A DNA stretch of 52,844 bases, from positions 1 through 52,844 of the forward strand of contig NZ_CALIJA010000203.1 in NCBI RefSeq assembly GCF_938017615.1, read 5' to 3'. Position numbers and translations under genes: made by a program. The notes beneath the pieces are model-generated. The model was given only the letters and a program-made list of their open reading frames with translations. It ran no database searches and was not told the origin of the DNA. Within the stretch, counting starts at the first letter, position 1, and each line of letters begins with the position of its first letter. The DNA comes from an uncultured Campylobacter sp. GTDB lineage: Bacteria; Campylobacterota; Campylobacteria; Campylobacterales; Campylobacteraceae. This document shows positions 8,479-17,421 of this stretch, in pieces.

Positions 8479-11289
8479 TTATTTAGCTTTAAAGAGGCTA
8501 AATTTTAAGCCCTTTCGGCTCATTATTAGCGATGGCAGGATTATGAGCGCGCCCAAAAGCAGCAGGCTCATTACCAGACATATTAACATCCCGAAGTAGA
8601 TCGTAGGCCAGAAATTGCTCATCATCATCACGCTGAATCCCAAAATGATCGCAAACGACGTATAATACATCGCGTATCCGATACTTGCGTGGCTCGCGCG
8701 GATTGCCGCGGCCTCGTCGCCCAGGCGCGCAAACTCGCGCTTGTAGCGATAGATATAGTGGATGACATCGTCCACGCCGATACCGATGCTAATCGCCGCT
8801 ATCGTAATACTCATGATATCCAGCGGAATGCCTGCAACCCCCATGATGCCGAAGCAGGCGCAAAGAGGGATTAAATTTACGACGATCGCGATAAGCGCGT
8901 ATGAAAACGAGCGAAAGATGATCACGAAAAGCACGAAAAGCACGAGCACGGTGATACCCAGGGTGTCTATCTGTGAGCTCATCAGGCTTTGAAGCATATT
9001 GTTATAAAGCACCATTATGCCGCTGATCTGCGCGCTTGCCTGCTCGCCCTCGAGCAAAGAATTTAGCCCGCTTTGCAGATCTTTTAGGAATTTTGCTCTG
9101 CGTAAGCGCGGATCGCTGTCTATCGTGCGGACGCTAAAGTGCGCCTCGTTCGCTTCGATATTCACAAAGGGCGAAAGCACCATCTCGCGGTAGTTTGCCG
9201 GCATTTCAGAGTAGATTAGAGCAAGGCTTAGATCGTCCAGATCGCGCCCCTGATTAATCTGCTTGCCGAGCTTTAAAAGCGATGCAAGTGAGCTTACGTT
9301 GCCGATAAACTCATGCCCCGTGACGTTTTTGTCCTTCAAAAAATCGTCTATCTTGCCGATGATACGCATCTTTTCGGAGGTGAACCAATACTGCGGCTTG
9401 TTTTCGTTGGCGGCGTATTCGGCTTCGAAATCGCCAAAATCGTCGCTCGCGGTGGAATTCTGCTCTAAATTTGCGGCGTGGGTTTGATCCGAATTTGCGG
9501 CTTCATTTGATTGTGCTGCCGCGACGGAGCTTTGCACGATAAAATTTTGATCATTTAAATTTTGCGCCGCGGCAACGGAACTTTGCGTCGTGGAATTTTC
9601 TGCAATAGAATTTTGCGTTGTGGCGGTAGAATTCTGAGCGACGGAATTCCGCACGATAAAATTTTGCCCTACGGGATTGGAATTTTCGCCGCTCTTAGAA
9701 TTCGCGCTGCCGCTCGCGGAATTTTTACTCTCGCTAGCGGCGGGATCTGCGCTGCTCACACTTTTAAATTTAACGACGATATCAAGCGGGATTGTTCCTC
9801 CGAGATTTGTGTCTATGACTTCCATACCTGCGCGGATGTCGGTGCTTTTTTTGAAGTAGCCGATGAAGCTATTTTCGACGCGCAACTGCGAGATGCCGTA
9901 CAGCCCAAAGATCACCGCTGCAGCGCATACGCCATAGACCGCGCCTCTGCTACGCAGTGCCGTTTCCGCGCACCAAAGCGTAAATTTAAAGTGCTGCTCG
10001 AAGCTACGATTATTGTGCGTGCGCCTTAGAAGCGACATAACCGCGCCGAATACTCCAAATGCCGTAACTAGCGAGATACTGATGCCTACGCTCATCATAA
10101 TTCCCAGAGAAATTACGGGTTTTATATCGCAAAAAATTAGCGACATAAAACCGATAACGGTAGTAAAGATTGCGAAAAAGCAGGGCATTGCGCGCTCGCG
10201 CAGCACTGCGTAAACGAGCTGGCGCTGCGAAAATGCGTGAAAGCGCGCGCTAAACTCGCGGTAGGCGACGATTAGGTGGATACAGACCGAAACCGTTATG
10301 ATGAGTTGAAGCGCTATGAAATTTGAGCTAATGACCGTGACCTCAAAGCTCAAAAATCCGAATAATCCCGCTGCGAGCACGACCGAATACGCGCAGATGA
10401 TGAGTGGCAGCAGGATAAATTTTGCCTGTCTAAAAAAGAGCCAAAAGCAAGCTAGCAGAAGCACCAAGGCGCCGAGTCCGTAGGTCGCCAGATCCGAGCG
10501 GACGTAGCCTACCATATCGTCTGCGATCATATTTAATCCGCCCAAAAATAGCCGATCGCCCGCAAATTCCTTCTCAAAGCCCGCGATCAGCGCGCGCAAA
10601 GCCACAATGTCGCGGTGATCCTTTTCGCGCAGCTCGTCGCGGTAGGATTTGAAATTTTGCTCCGCAACTTTAAGCGCGTCTTTAAGCTGTGAAATTTGGG
10701 CCCCCGAGCGGTTGCCCTCGTGCTCTGCTTGCTCTAGAGCGCTTTTAGCCCCGTCTCTTAGGTGTAAAAGCTCCTCGTAGCGGATCTGCGGCTTTAAATT
10801 TATTAAAATTGCGGTAGTGCGAAAATCGGCGCTTACTAAATTTGACGCGTAAAAGGGGCTTGTGGCAAACTCGCGCCTAGCCGCGGTTAAATTTACGTCC
10901 GCGTCGGTAAGAGTGGGTATGTGCTTAAGCAGCTCGCTCATACCGCCACCTTTGTTTAGCAAAAGCGGCACATTCGTGATGTCCGTGACGCTAGCGACGA
11001 AATCCAGCTTGGAAAAAGCTGCGTCCATCTGCGCTATTTTGCGGATCGTCTCGGGCGCTAAAAGATCGCCCGCGGGAGTGTATGCAAGCACCAAGAAATT
11101 CGGCGTTTCGTAGCGTTTGGATACTTCGCGCCAAATTTGAAGGTCTTTGTCATTATCTAGTAGAAGCGTCTGGCTCGAAGCGTCGATCTCGAGCTTTGTG
11201 GAGTAATATCCGAAAAAGAGCGCCAGCGCGGTAAACAGCGCGAGCGTGATTTTCGGAAACGCGACGATTAGGCGAAAAATTTTTTTCAA
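8479..11289 (-). CDS. MMPL/RND-family lipid transporter with a ~100-aa low-complexity periplasmic insertion
   Basis: Two TM repeats, GIGVDDVIH motif, downstream of mlaA-mlaC; N/S/Q/A-rich insertion at about 9445-9760. Confidence 0.88.
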   Translation of the reverse strand: MKKIFRLIVAFPKITLALFTALALFFGYYSTKLEIDASSQTLLLDNDKDLQIWREVSKRYETPNFLVLAYTPAGDLLAPETIRKIAQMDAAFSKLDFVASVTDITNVPLLLNKGGGMSELLKHIPTLTDADVNLTAARREFATSPFYASNLVSADFRTTAILINLKPQIRYEELLHLRDGAKSALEQAEHEGNRSGAQISQLKDALKVAEQNFKSYRDELREKDHRDIVALRALIAGFEKEFAGDRLFLGGLNMIADDMVGYVRSDLATYGLGALVLLLACFWLFFRQAKFILLPLIICAYSVVLAAGLFGFLSFEVTVISSNFIALQLIITVSVCIHLIVAYREFSARFHAFSQRQLVYAVLRERAMPCFFAIFTTVIGFMSLIFCDIKPVISLGIMMSVGISISLVTAFGVFGAVMSLLRRTHNNRSFEQHFKFTLWCAETALRSRGAVYGVCAAAVIFGLYGISQLRVENSFIGYFKKSTDIRAGMEVIDTNLGGTIPLDIVVKFKSVSSADPAASESKNSASGSANSKSGENSNPVGQNFIVRNSVAQNSTATTQNSIAENSTTQSSVAAAQNLNDQNFIVQSSVAAAQSNEAANSDQTHAANLEQNSTASDDFGDFEAEYAANENKPQYWFTSEKMRIIGKIDDFLKDKNVTGHEFIGNVSSLASLLKLGKQINQGRDLDDLSLALIYSEMPANYREMVLSPFVNIEANEAHFSVRTIDSDPRLRRAKFLKDLQSGLNSLLEGEQASAQISGIMVLYNNMLQSLMSSQIDTLGITVLVLFVLFVIIFRSFSYALIAIVVNLIPLCACFGIMGVAGIPLDIMSITIAAISIGIGVDDVIHYIYRYKREFARLGDEAAAIRASHASIGYAMYYTSFAIILGFSVMMMSNFWPTIYFGMLICLVMSLLLLGALIILPSLIMSRKGLKFSLFKAK

Positions 11290-11314
11290 ATACCGCTCTT
11301 TTAGGCGCGCTGTG

Positions 11315-11905
11315 CTATTCGCCGCTATTGATGACGGTGGAATTTAGCCGCTTTATGAGCTCGTCAAAGCCCAAGCTTTGCGTTACGTCGCCTAGCTGCG
11401 AGCGGTAGGTTTGAATTAGGCTGACGCCCACGATATCGACGTCGTAGATACGCCAATCAGAGCCGTTAGGATAAAATTTAAAATCTATGTCGTAATTTTT
11501 CTGCTCGCCGATGACCTGCGTTTTTAGCACGCGGCGCTTATCGCTCGGGCTTTGTTTGCTTAGCACCTTCATATCCTGATCGGTATAAAGCGAAAGTTTT
11601 TCGATAAAGGAGCGCTTAAGATGCGCTTCGAAAGCTTTGTTAAATTCCTCGATCTGCGCGGGGCTAAGGCTAGCGTAATGCTTGGCAAGGGAGAGCTTTG
11701 CCATCATCTTGTAATCGAAGTAGCCGTCAAAAAGCGCAAAGATTTTCGCGGGCTTTGCGTCTTTGGGCGCGCTGCTTCGCATAATATTTACGGCCTCGGC
11801 GACCTTTTGGCTCATCACCGGCTCGATATCCGCATCGCTAATAGCGTGCGCCGAAATCAAAAGCGCTCCGCAAAGCGCTAGAACTTTTAAAATTTTCATT
11901 TTCAT
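11315..11905 (-). CDS. mlaC: MlaC/Ttg2D periplasmic phospholipid-binding protein
   Basis: Signal peptide; FDYKMMAKLSL and WRIYDVDIVGVSLIQTYRSQ motifs. Confidence 0.88.
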   Translation of the reverse strand: MKMKILKVLALCGALLISAHAISDADIEPVMSQKVAEAVNIMRSSAPKDAKPAKIFALFDGYFDYKMMAKLSLAKHYASLSPAQIEEFNKAFEAHLKRSFIEKLSLYTDQDMKVLSKQSPSDKRRVLKTQVIGEQKNYDIDFKFYPNGSDWRIYDVDIVGVSLIQTYRSQLGDVTQSLGFDELIKRLNSTVINSGE

Positions 11906-12621
11906 TCCTTTATTAGTTTCTCGCGATTTTGCTCGTAAGCATCGCGTAAAAATGGATATAGATCCACTGCATCTTTGGTCATTTTTTCATAAAATTTCGG
12001 ATCGCGCGAGTAATCGTTAAATATTCTAAATCCATTGACGGAGTTTCGAACGGTGCCATCTTTAATATAGTTTATCGGATTTGAAAAATAATCTCCGACA
12101 AGCCCCGCTGTATCGCGCAGATTGCTTTGCCCCAAAATCGGCCAGACGATGTGAGAACCTGCCGGCACGCCCCAATATCCGAGCGTTTGCCCGAAATCCT
12201 CGTCGTGGCGCGGAATTCCGTAGTATTTGCCTGCCATATCATTAAGCCCGCCGAAGCCGACGGTCGAATTGATCAAAAATCGCTTCGTCTCGTCCCAAGA
12301 ATTTTCAAATTTACCCTGCAATAGGTTGTTTACGAGCCTCATCGGATATAAAATATTATAGAAAAAATTTGAAAACGCGCCCTGGATCGGATCGGGCATT
12401 ACGTAATCGTAGCCGCTGGCTACAGGGGTTAATATGTATGAGTAAAATACGTCGTTGAAGCTCGTCATAACGCGGTTATAGCCGCTAAGCGGATCGAAAA
12501 CCTCGCGCTTGGCAAACTCCTCGTCAAAACCATCCGTATCGCTAGGCGCTACGTCTTGCTTTTGCGAGCAACCGCAAAGTGCCAATGCCGCGGCTAAGAA
12601 TATAATTTTTATAAATTTCAA
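11902..12621 (-). CDS. mlaA: MlaA/VacJ outer-membrane lipoprotein
   Basis: LCGC lipobox; DPLSGYNR, RFLINSTVG, EDFGQTLG and YPFLRDAY motifs. Confidence 0.93.
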   Translation of the reverse strand: MKFIKIIFLAAALALCGCSQKQDVAPSDTDGFDEEFAKREVFDPLSGYNRVMTSFNDVFYSYILTPVASGYDYVMPDPIQGAFSNFFYNILYPMRLVNNLLQGKFENSWDETKRFLINSTVGFGGLNDMAGKYYGIPRHDEDFGQTLGYWGVPAGSHIVWPILGQSNLRDTAGLVGDYFSNPINYIKDGTVRNSVNGFRIFNDYSRDPKFYEKMTKDAVDLYPFLRDAYEQNREKLIKE

Positions 12622-12751
12622 ATTGTGACCCTTCTTTATAAATCAAAGTGGCGATTTTACAAGTTTAAAGAAATTTTGTCAATAAGGGTAAAATTTCATA
12701 TAGAATTTCCCTCTTTATATCGCAGAATAAAGCCTGCAGCTCTTTAAGAAA

Positions 12752-12768
12752 TATATCAGAGGATATAT
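12752..12768 (+). promoter_or_regulatory. putative ModE operator
   Basis: TATAT-cagagga-TATAT matches the TAYAT-N7-TAYAT ModE consensus, next to TAAAAT (12771-12776) upstream of modE. Confidence 0.6.
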
Positions 12769-12799
12769 TATAAAATCACGTGAAAGTAAATAAGAAAGG

Positions 12800-13594
12800 A
12801 TGAAAATGGACGCAAAATTTGCTTTGGAATTTCTGCTTGGCAACGAAGCATCGCTTCTAGCCAAGCACATTAAGCTGCTTAAGGCCGTAGATGAGACTAA
12901 AAGTATTACAAAGGCCGCAGAGATCGTAGGAGTGTCGTATAAAAACGGCTGGGACGCGCTAAATTTAATCAACAACGCGAGCAAAAAACCTCTCATCGTT
13001 CGCACTCAAGGCACCAAGAAAAATAGCGGCTCCGAGCTTACCCCTTACGCTCACAAGCTGATTCGCGCTTATGATGCTATCAGCCACGCGGGCGAGACGT
13101 TTTTGAGTGAAATTTTAAAGCTTGACGAGATCACCGAAGAGAGCCTTCTAAGCTTAGAGAAGATCGGTATGAAGCTTTCTGCGCGCAATCAGCTAAGTGT
13201 TGAGATTACGGATGTTCAAACAGGCGCTGTAAATTCTCAAATCACGGCTAAACTCGCAGGTGGCGAAATTTTATGCGCGACGGTAACCGTAGAGAGCGAA
13301 AAGAATTTAGGGCTGAAGGCTGGCAAGGACGTGCTGTTTTTATTCAAAGCTCCAAGCGTCATCATCGCTAAAGGAAGCTCGGAGAAGCTAAAACTTAGCA
13401 CGACGAATCAAATCAAAGGCACGATTAGCGAGGTCAAAATCGGCGCAGTAAACGCAGAGATCTGTCTAGGCACGAGCTCGCATCAAAACATCACCGCGAT
13501 CATCACGCGAGAATCTGCCACCGCGATGGCTCTAGGAGTAGGAGATGAAGTAACGGCGATCATCGAGCCTAGCGAGATCATTATTGGCGCGTAA
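12800..13594 (+). CDS. modE: molybdate-responsive transcriptional regulator ModE (HTH plus two TOBE/Mop domains)
   Basis: SITKAAEIVGVSYKNGWD HTH; SARNQL and STTNQIKG Mop repeats. Confidence 0.9.
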   Translation: MKMDAKFALEFLLGNEASLLAKHIKLLKAVDETKSITKAAEIVGVSYKNGWDALNLINNASKKPLIVRTQGTKKNSGSELTPYAHKLIRAYDAISHAGETFLSEILKLDEITEESLLSLEKIGMKLSARNQLSVEITDVQTGAVNSQITAKLAGGEILCATVTVESEKNLGLKAGKDVLFLFKAPSVIIAKGSSEKLKLSTTNQIKGTISEVKIGAVNAEICLGTSSHQNITAIITRESATAMALGVGDEVTAIIEPSEIIIGA

Positions 13595-13695
13595 TAGGGT
13601 GAAATTGGGTGCACAAAATTTTAAAATTTAAGGCGTAAATTTAAAATTTTAGATACAATTCAATTCTCGGCGAGAGCCGAAACGAAAGGCATAAA

Positions 13696-14463
13696 ATGAA
13701 GTTGAAAGCAGTGCTTTTAGGAATTTTAACCGCAGGCGCGCTTAGCGCGGGAGAGGTCAGCGTAGCAGCCGCTGCGAACACGACGTATGCGTTTGACGAG
13801 ATCAAGGCGGAATTTGCCAAGCTGCATCCGCAAACTACGCTAAACGTGAGCTTGGGCGCCAGCGGTGCGCTTAGCACGCAGATCAAAAACGGCGCGCCGT
13901 TTGATATTTTTATGGCGGCGGATATGAAATTTGCAGACGATCTGCATAAAGAGGGCTTTGCGATGGCGCCTGCCAAAACCTACGCAAAGGGTAAGGTGGC
14001 GATGTTTAGCGTGCGCGGCGTAGATCTTAGCAAGGGGCTTGAAATTTTAAAAGACCCTAGCGTTAAAACGATTTCGATAGCAAATCCAAAGACCGCTCCT
14101 TACGGCACCGCAAGCGTACAGGCCTTCCAAAAAGCGGGAGTTTACGATGAGATCAAAGGTAAAATCGTAGAAGCAAAATCGATCGGCGAGGCTCTTTCGC
14201 AAGCGCTTAAAGCTTCCGACGTCGGCTTTATCGCGGCCAGCGCGATGTATGCGCCTAAGATGGTGAAGGACGGCTGCAACGACAAGCCTTGCAAGCAGGG
14301 CGAAAATTTCGTTTTGGTCGATACCAAGCTCTACGAGCCGATAGCTCAAGGCATGGTCGTGCTAAACCGCGCCAAAGACAATGCCGAAGCCAAGGCATTT
14401 TATGATTTTATCCTAAGCGATAAGGGCAGGGCGATCTTTGCTAAATACGGATACGAGTTTTAA
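13696..14463 (+). CDS. modA: molybdate ABC transporter periplasmic binding protein
   Basis: Signal peptide; AAAAN, GASG, GAPFDIFMAAD and ANPKTAPYG motifs. Confidence 0.95.
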   Translation: MKLKAVLLGILTAGALSAGEVSVAAAANTTYAFDEIKAEFAKLHPQTTLNVSLGASGALSTQIKNGAPFDIFMAADMKFADDLHKEGFAMAPAKTYAKGKVAMFSVRGVDLSKGLEILKDPSVKTISIANPKTAPYGTASVQAFQKAGVYDEIKGKIVEAKSIGEALSQALKASDVGFIAASAMYAPKMVKDGCNDKPCKQGENFVLVDTKLYEPIAQGMVVLNRAKDNAEAKAFYDFILSDKGRAIFAKYGYEF

Positions 14464-14855
14464 TGATTAGAGCGAGAATCAACGAAATTTTACAAAAAGA
14501 CGACATCCATTCTGTAGGATTTATCGCGGGCGGCATCAAGCTGCGTGGCGTATTTCTGCAGCTAAGTAGCGAGCTTAAGGTGGGCAATGAAGTTTACGTG
14601 GGCTTTAAAAGCACCGATGTGCTTTTATCTCGCGAAGCCCTAAGTGGTGTATCTAGCGAAAATGAAATTCACGGCAAGATTACGAGCCTAAGCTTGGGTG
14701 AAATTTTATGTACGCTCAGGTTTGAAGGCAAGATAAGCTTTGATGTGCTCATTAGCGCGCATTCTGCGCAGGAGCTTGCTTTACGCGAGGGCGACGAGGT
14801 TTTCGCATACATTAGCGCCACTGCGATATATATAGAAAAATATGATAACGATTGA
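14463..14855 (+). CDS. TOBE/Mop-domain protein of the mod operon
   Basis: Two Mop-like repeats (GFKSTDV; LISAHSAQELALREGDEVFAYI); coupled to modA and modC. Confidence 0.8.
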   Translation: MIRARINEILQKDDIHSVGFIAGGIKLRGVFLQLSSELKVGNEVYVGFKSTDVLLSREALSGVSSENEIHGKITSLSLGEILCTLRFEGKISFDVLISAHSAQELALREGDEVFAYISATAIYIEKYDND

Positions 14856-15690
14856 TTGTAAGAAAAAAATCAGTGATGATTTCTCGATTGATGCTCGCTT
14901 AGAGATTAACAAAGGCTCGTTTGTGTGCCTATATGGGCGCAGCGGTAGCGGTAAGACTACACTGCTGCGCATTTTAGCGGGATTTTTGCGCGCAGATAGC
15001 GGTAGCATAAAAGACGGCGATCGCGTGCTACAAGAAGGCAATGAATTCTTAAGTGCGGGCAAGCGCAGGATCGGCTTTTTGTTTCAAGACTACGCACTTT
15101 TTGAGAATATGAGCGTGACAGGCAATCTGCTTTTTGCCAGAAACGATCCGCAAAAAGCCGCAATGCTGCTTGAAATTTTAGAGCTTAGTGAGTTTGTGAA
15201 ATCCGGCGTAGAGGGTCTTAGCGGCGGACAGAAGCAGCGCGTAGCACTTGCTCGCGCACTGATGCAAGAGCCTGAAATTTTGCTACTTGACGAGCCGCTT
15301 TCGGCGCTTGATTTTACGATGCGCGAAAAAATCCAAGAGTATTTGCTAAAGATCCACGAGCAGTTTCATCAGACCGTGATTTTGGTAAGCCACGATGTGA
15401 GTGAGATTTATAGGCTTTGCAAGCGGGTTTATGAGATGAAGGACGGCAGGATCGTCCGCACCGGTACGCCGGAGGAAATTTTCCTTAAAACTAGCGGCTC
15501 GCAGAAGTTTTCTTTCGCGGGCAAGATTGTCGATTTGCAAGCACGCGACGGGGTCAAAGTGGCTGTCGTAGCGATCGGCAGCCAGCTGTGCGAAGTGGTG
15601 CTAAGCAATGCAGAAGCCGATGGCTTGCAAGTAGGCGATGAGGTCAAAGCTGGCGCCAAAGCCTTTAATATCACTCTGCATAAAATTTAA
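14842..15690 (+). CDS. modC: molybdate ABC transporter ATP-binding protein
   Basis: GRSGSGKT, FQDYALF, LSGGQKQR, LLLDEP; C-terminal TOBE domain. Confidence 0.92.
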   Translation: MITIDCKKKISDDFSIDARLEINKGSFVCLYGRSGSGKTTLLRILAGFLRADSGSIKDGDRVLQEGNEFLSAGKRRIGFLFQDYALFENMSVTGNLLFARNDPQKAAMLLEILELSEFVKSGVEGLSGGQKQRVALARALMQEPEILLLDEPLSALDFTMREKIQEYLLKIHEQFHQTVILVSHDVSEIYRLCKRVYEMKDGRIVRTGTPEEIFLKTSGSQKFSFAGKIVDLQARDGVKVAVVAIGSQLCEVVLSNAEADGLQVGDEVKAGAKAFNITLHKI

Positions 15691-16680
15691 ACTTGCAGGC
15701 AGGCTTTGGCGCGCCTGGGTGAGAAATTTCAACTAGATTAGAGATTTAAATGTAGACTCTTATGGAATTTTACGTGGAATTTAGACGAGGAATTTTGCGA
15801 AATTTTATCTAAATTTGCCCGCAAAATACGGTGAGATTTTAAAATTTCATTCGCATCGCGCTTAGATTGTTCAGAAATGCAAAAATTTAAACGCAGGCTA
15901 GAGTAAAACCGCAATGCAAGACTAGATAGCGTGGGGAAATTAAGCTTAAATTTTAGATTTTGCGCAGACAGGCGCCGTTAAATTCCTTCTTTGAATTTAT
16001 TAATTGGCGTGGTGGGTTTATTTTTAAATTTGGCGGCTTTTAGCTTACTTTTTTGGCAGGAGTTGCGCGAATTCTATCATGCGATCTTGGTAAAAATTTA
16101 ATGTAAAGCTTCGCGCAAATTTAAAATTTTCAGATTTAGAATTTTACCTGGATTTTGTGGCTTTGAAATTTTAAAAGCTCTAACAGCTTGAAGCTTGCGT
16201 GCTAAACTCGCTTAATAAGAGCTGTGGCAAAATTTCATTAACCGGGTCTTTTGGGTTTATGCGAAATTTTAATTTCGTCTTGTCAGGCTCAATGTAATTC
16301 CACTAAGTTGTTCAGAGAATGCCGTTTGGCTATATCTTGCGTGAAATTTGCGCTCAGATAAATCCCGCCCGTTCAAGTGTTAAAGCTAAGCTAAGCTTTT
16401 TGAAATTTAGCTCAGCAAAATTCGTGACCTTAAAAATTTGCCAGCTTAGTAGAGTTTAAATGCCTGACGGAATTTGCACGCTTGAAGGAATTTATTAGCC
16501 AAGCACTTTTATAAATTCCGCTCGCTTTAGCTTGCGCGAAATTTTTAAAATTTCATTTTGCAAGGCCTTATGACTATGAGGTTTGCGCAAATTCTATCTA
16601 GCTTTGCCTCTAAATTTTAAAGTAGGGCTAGGCTTTTAAGATTTTATAGTTTGGGCCCAGCGGCTCGGCTCGGAGGATAA
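15691..16680. repeat. 990-bp non-coding RAATTY-dense spacer inside the mod cluster
   Basis: No ORF of 60 aa or more on either strand in the track; about 31 RAATTY hexamers by hand count. Confidence 0.7.
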
Positions 16681-17370
16681 ATGTTTGAAATTCTAAAGGG
16701 GCTCGATTACACGCCGTTTCTCGTTTCATTAAAGCTTGCCAGCTTGACGACGCTCGCGTTGTTTATCATCTGCGTGCCGCTCGCGTTTTTTATGGCGAGA
16801 AAAAATTTCCGCGGCAAAAGCGTGATCGAATCGATCATCTCGCTTCCGCTGGTGCTGCCGCCCTCGGTGCTAGGCTTTTACCTACTCGTTTTTTTATCGC
16901 CGTATTCGGTGCTAGGGGAGTTTTTTGACAAACACTTCGGACTTCGGCTCGTATTTAATTTCAGCGGGCTCGTGATCGCGAGCTGTATCTACTCGCTACC
17001 GTTTATGTTTTCGCCGCTGGTTTCGGGTTTTCGTTCGCTTCCGCGCTCGCTTTTTTGGGCGTGCGATTCGCTCGGCAAGGGCTATTTTTCCAAGCTTTTT
17101 CGCGTCGCGTTACCCGCGATACGCCACTCCCTGCTTAGCGCCTTGGTGATCTGCTTTGCGCACACGATGGGCGAGTTCGGCGTCGTGCTGATGATCGGCG
17201 GCAGCGTGAGCGAACAGACCAAGGTCGCTTCCATCGCGATCTATGAAGCGACCGAGACGCTCGATTTTGCGCAGGCTCACGCGTATTCGGCGCTGATGCT
17301 ACTCTTTAGCTTCGCGGTGCTTTTGATTATGCATTTTTTGGGCGCAAAAGGCGCAAAAATACAAGCTTAA
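16681..17370 (+). CDS. modB: molybdate ABC transporter permease
   Basis: LPLVLPPSVLGFYLL and FAHTMGEFG motifs; GGAGG RBS. Confidence 0.95.
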   Translation: MFEILKGLDYTPFLVSLKLASLTTLALFIICVPLAFFMARKNFRGKSVIESIISLPLVLPPSVLGFYLLVFLSPYSVLGEFFDKHFGLRLVFNFSGLVIASCIYSLPFMFSPLVSGFRSLPRSLFWACDSLGKGYFSKLFRVALPAIRHSLLSALVICFAHTMGEFGVVLMIGGSVSEQTKVASIAIYEATETLDFAQAHAYSALMLLFSFAVLLIMHFLGAKGAKIQA

Positions 17371-17421
17371 ATCGGCTTTAAAACGAAATTTGCTAAAATC
17401 CCGCAAAATTTGGAATTTGGC

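Noticed and set aside
12773..12786. parS site (TCACGTGAAA core)
   Set aside because: Only a partial match to TGTTTCACGTGAAACA; the left arm is broken.
15691..16680. CRISPR array or IS/MITE in the long spacers
   Set aside because: No constant 23-47 bp repeat with regular spacers, no cas or transposase gene, and no terminal inverted repeats with target duplication seen.
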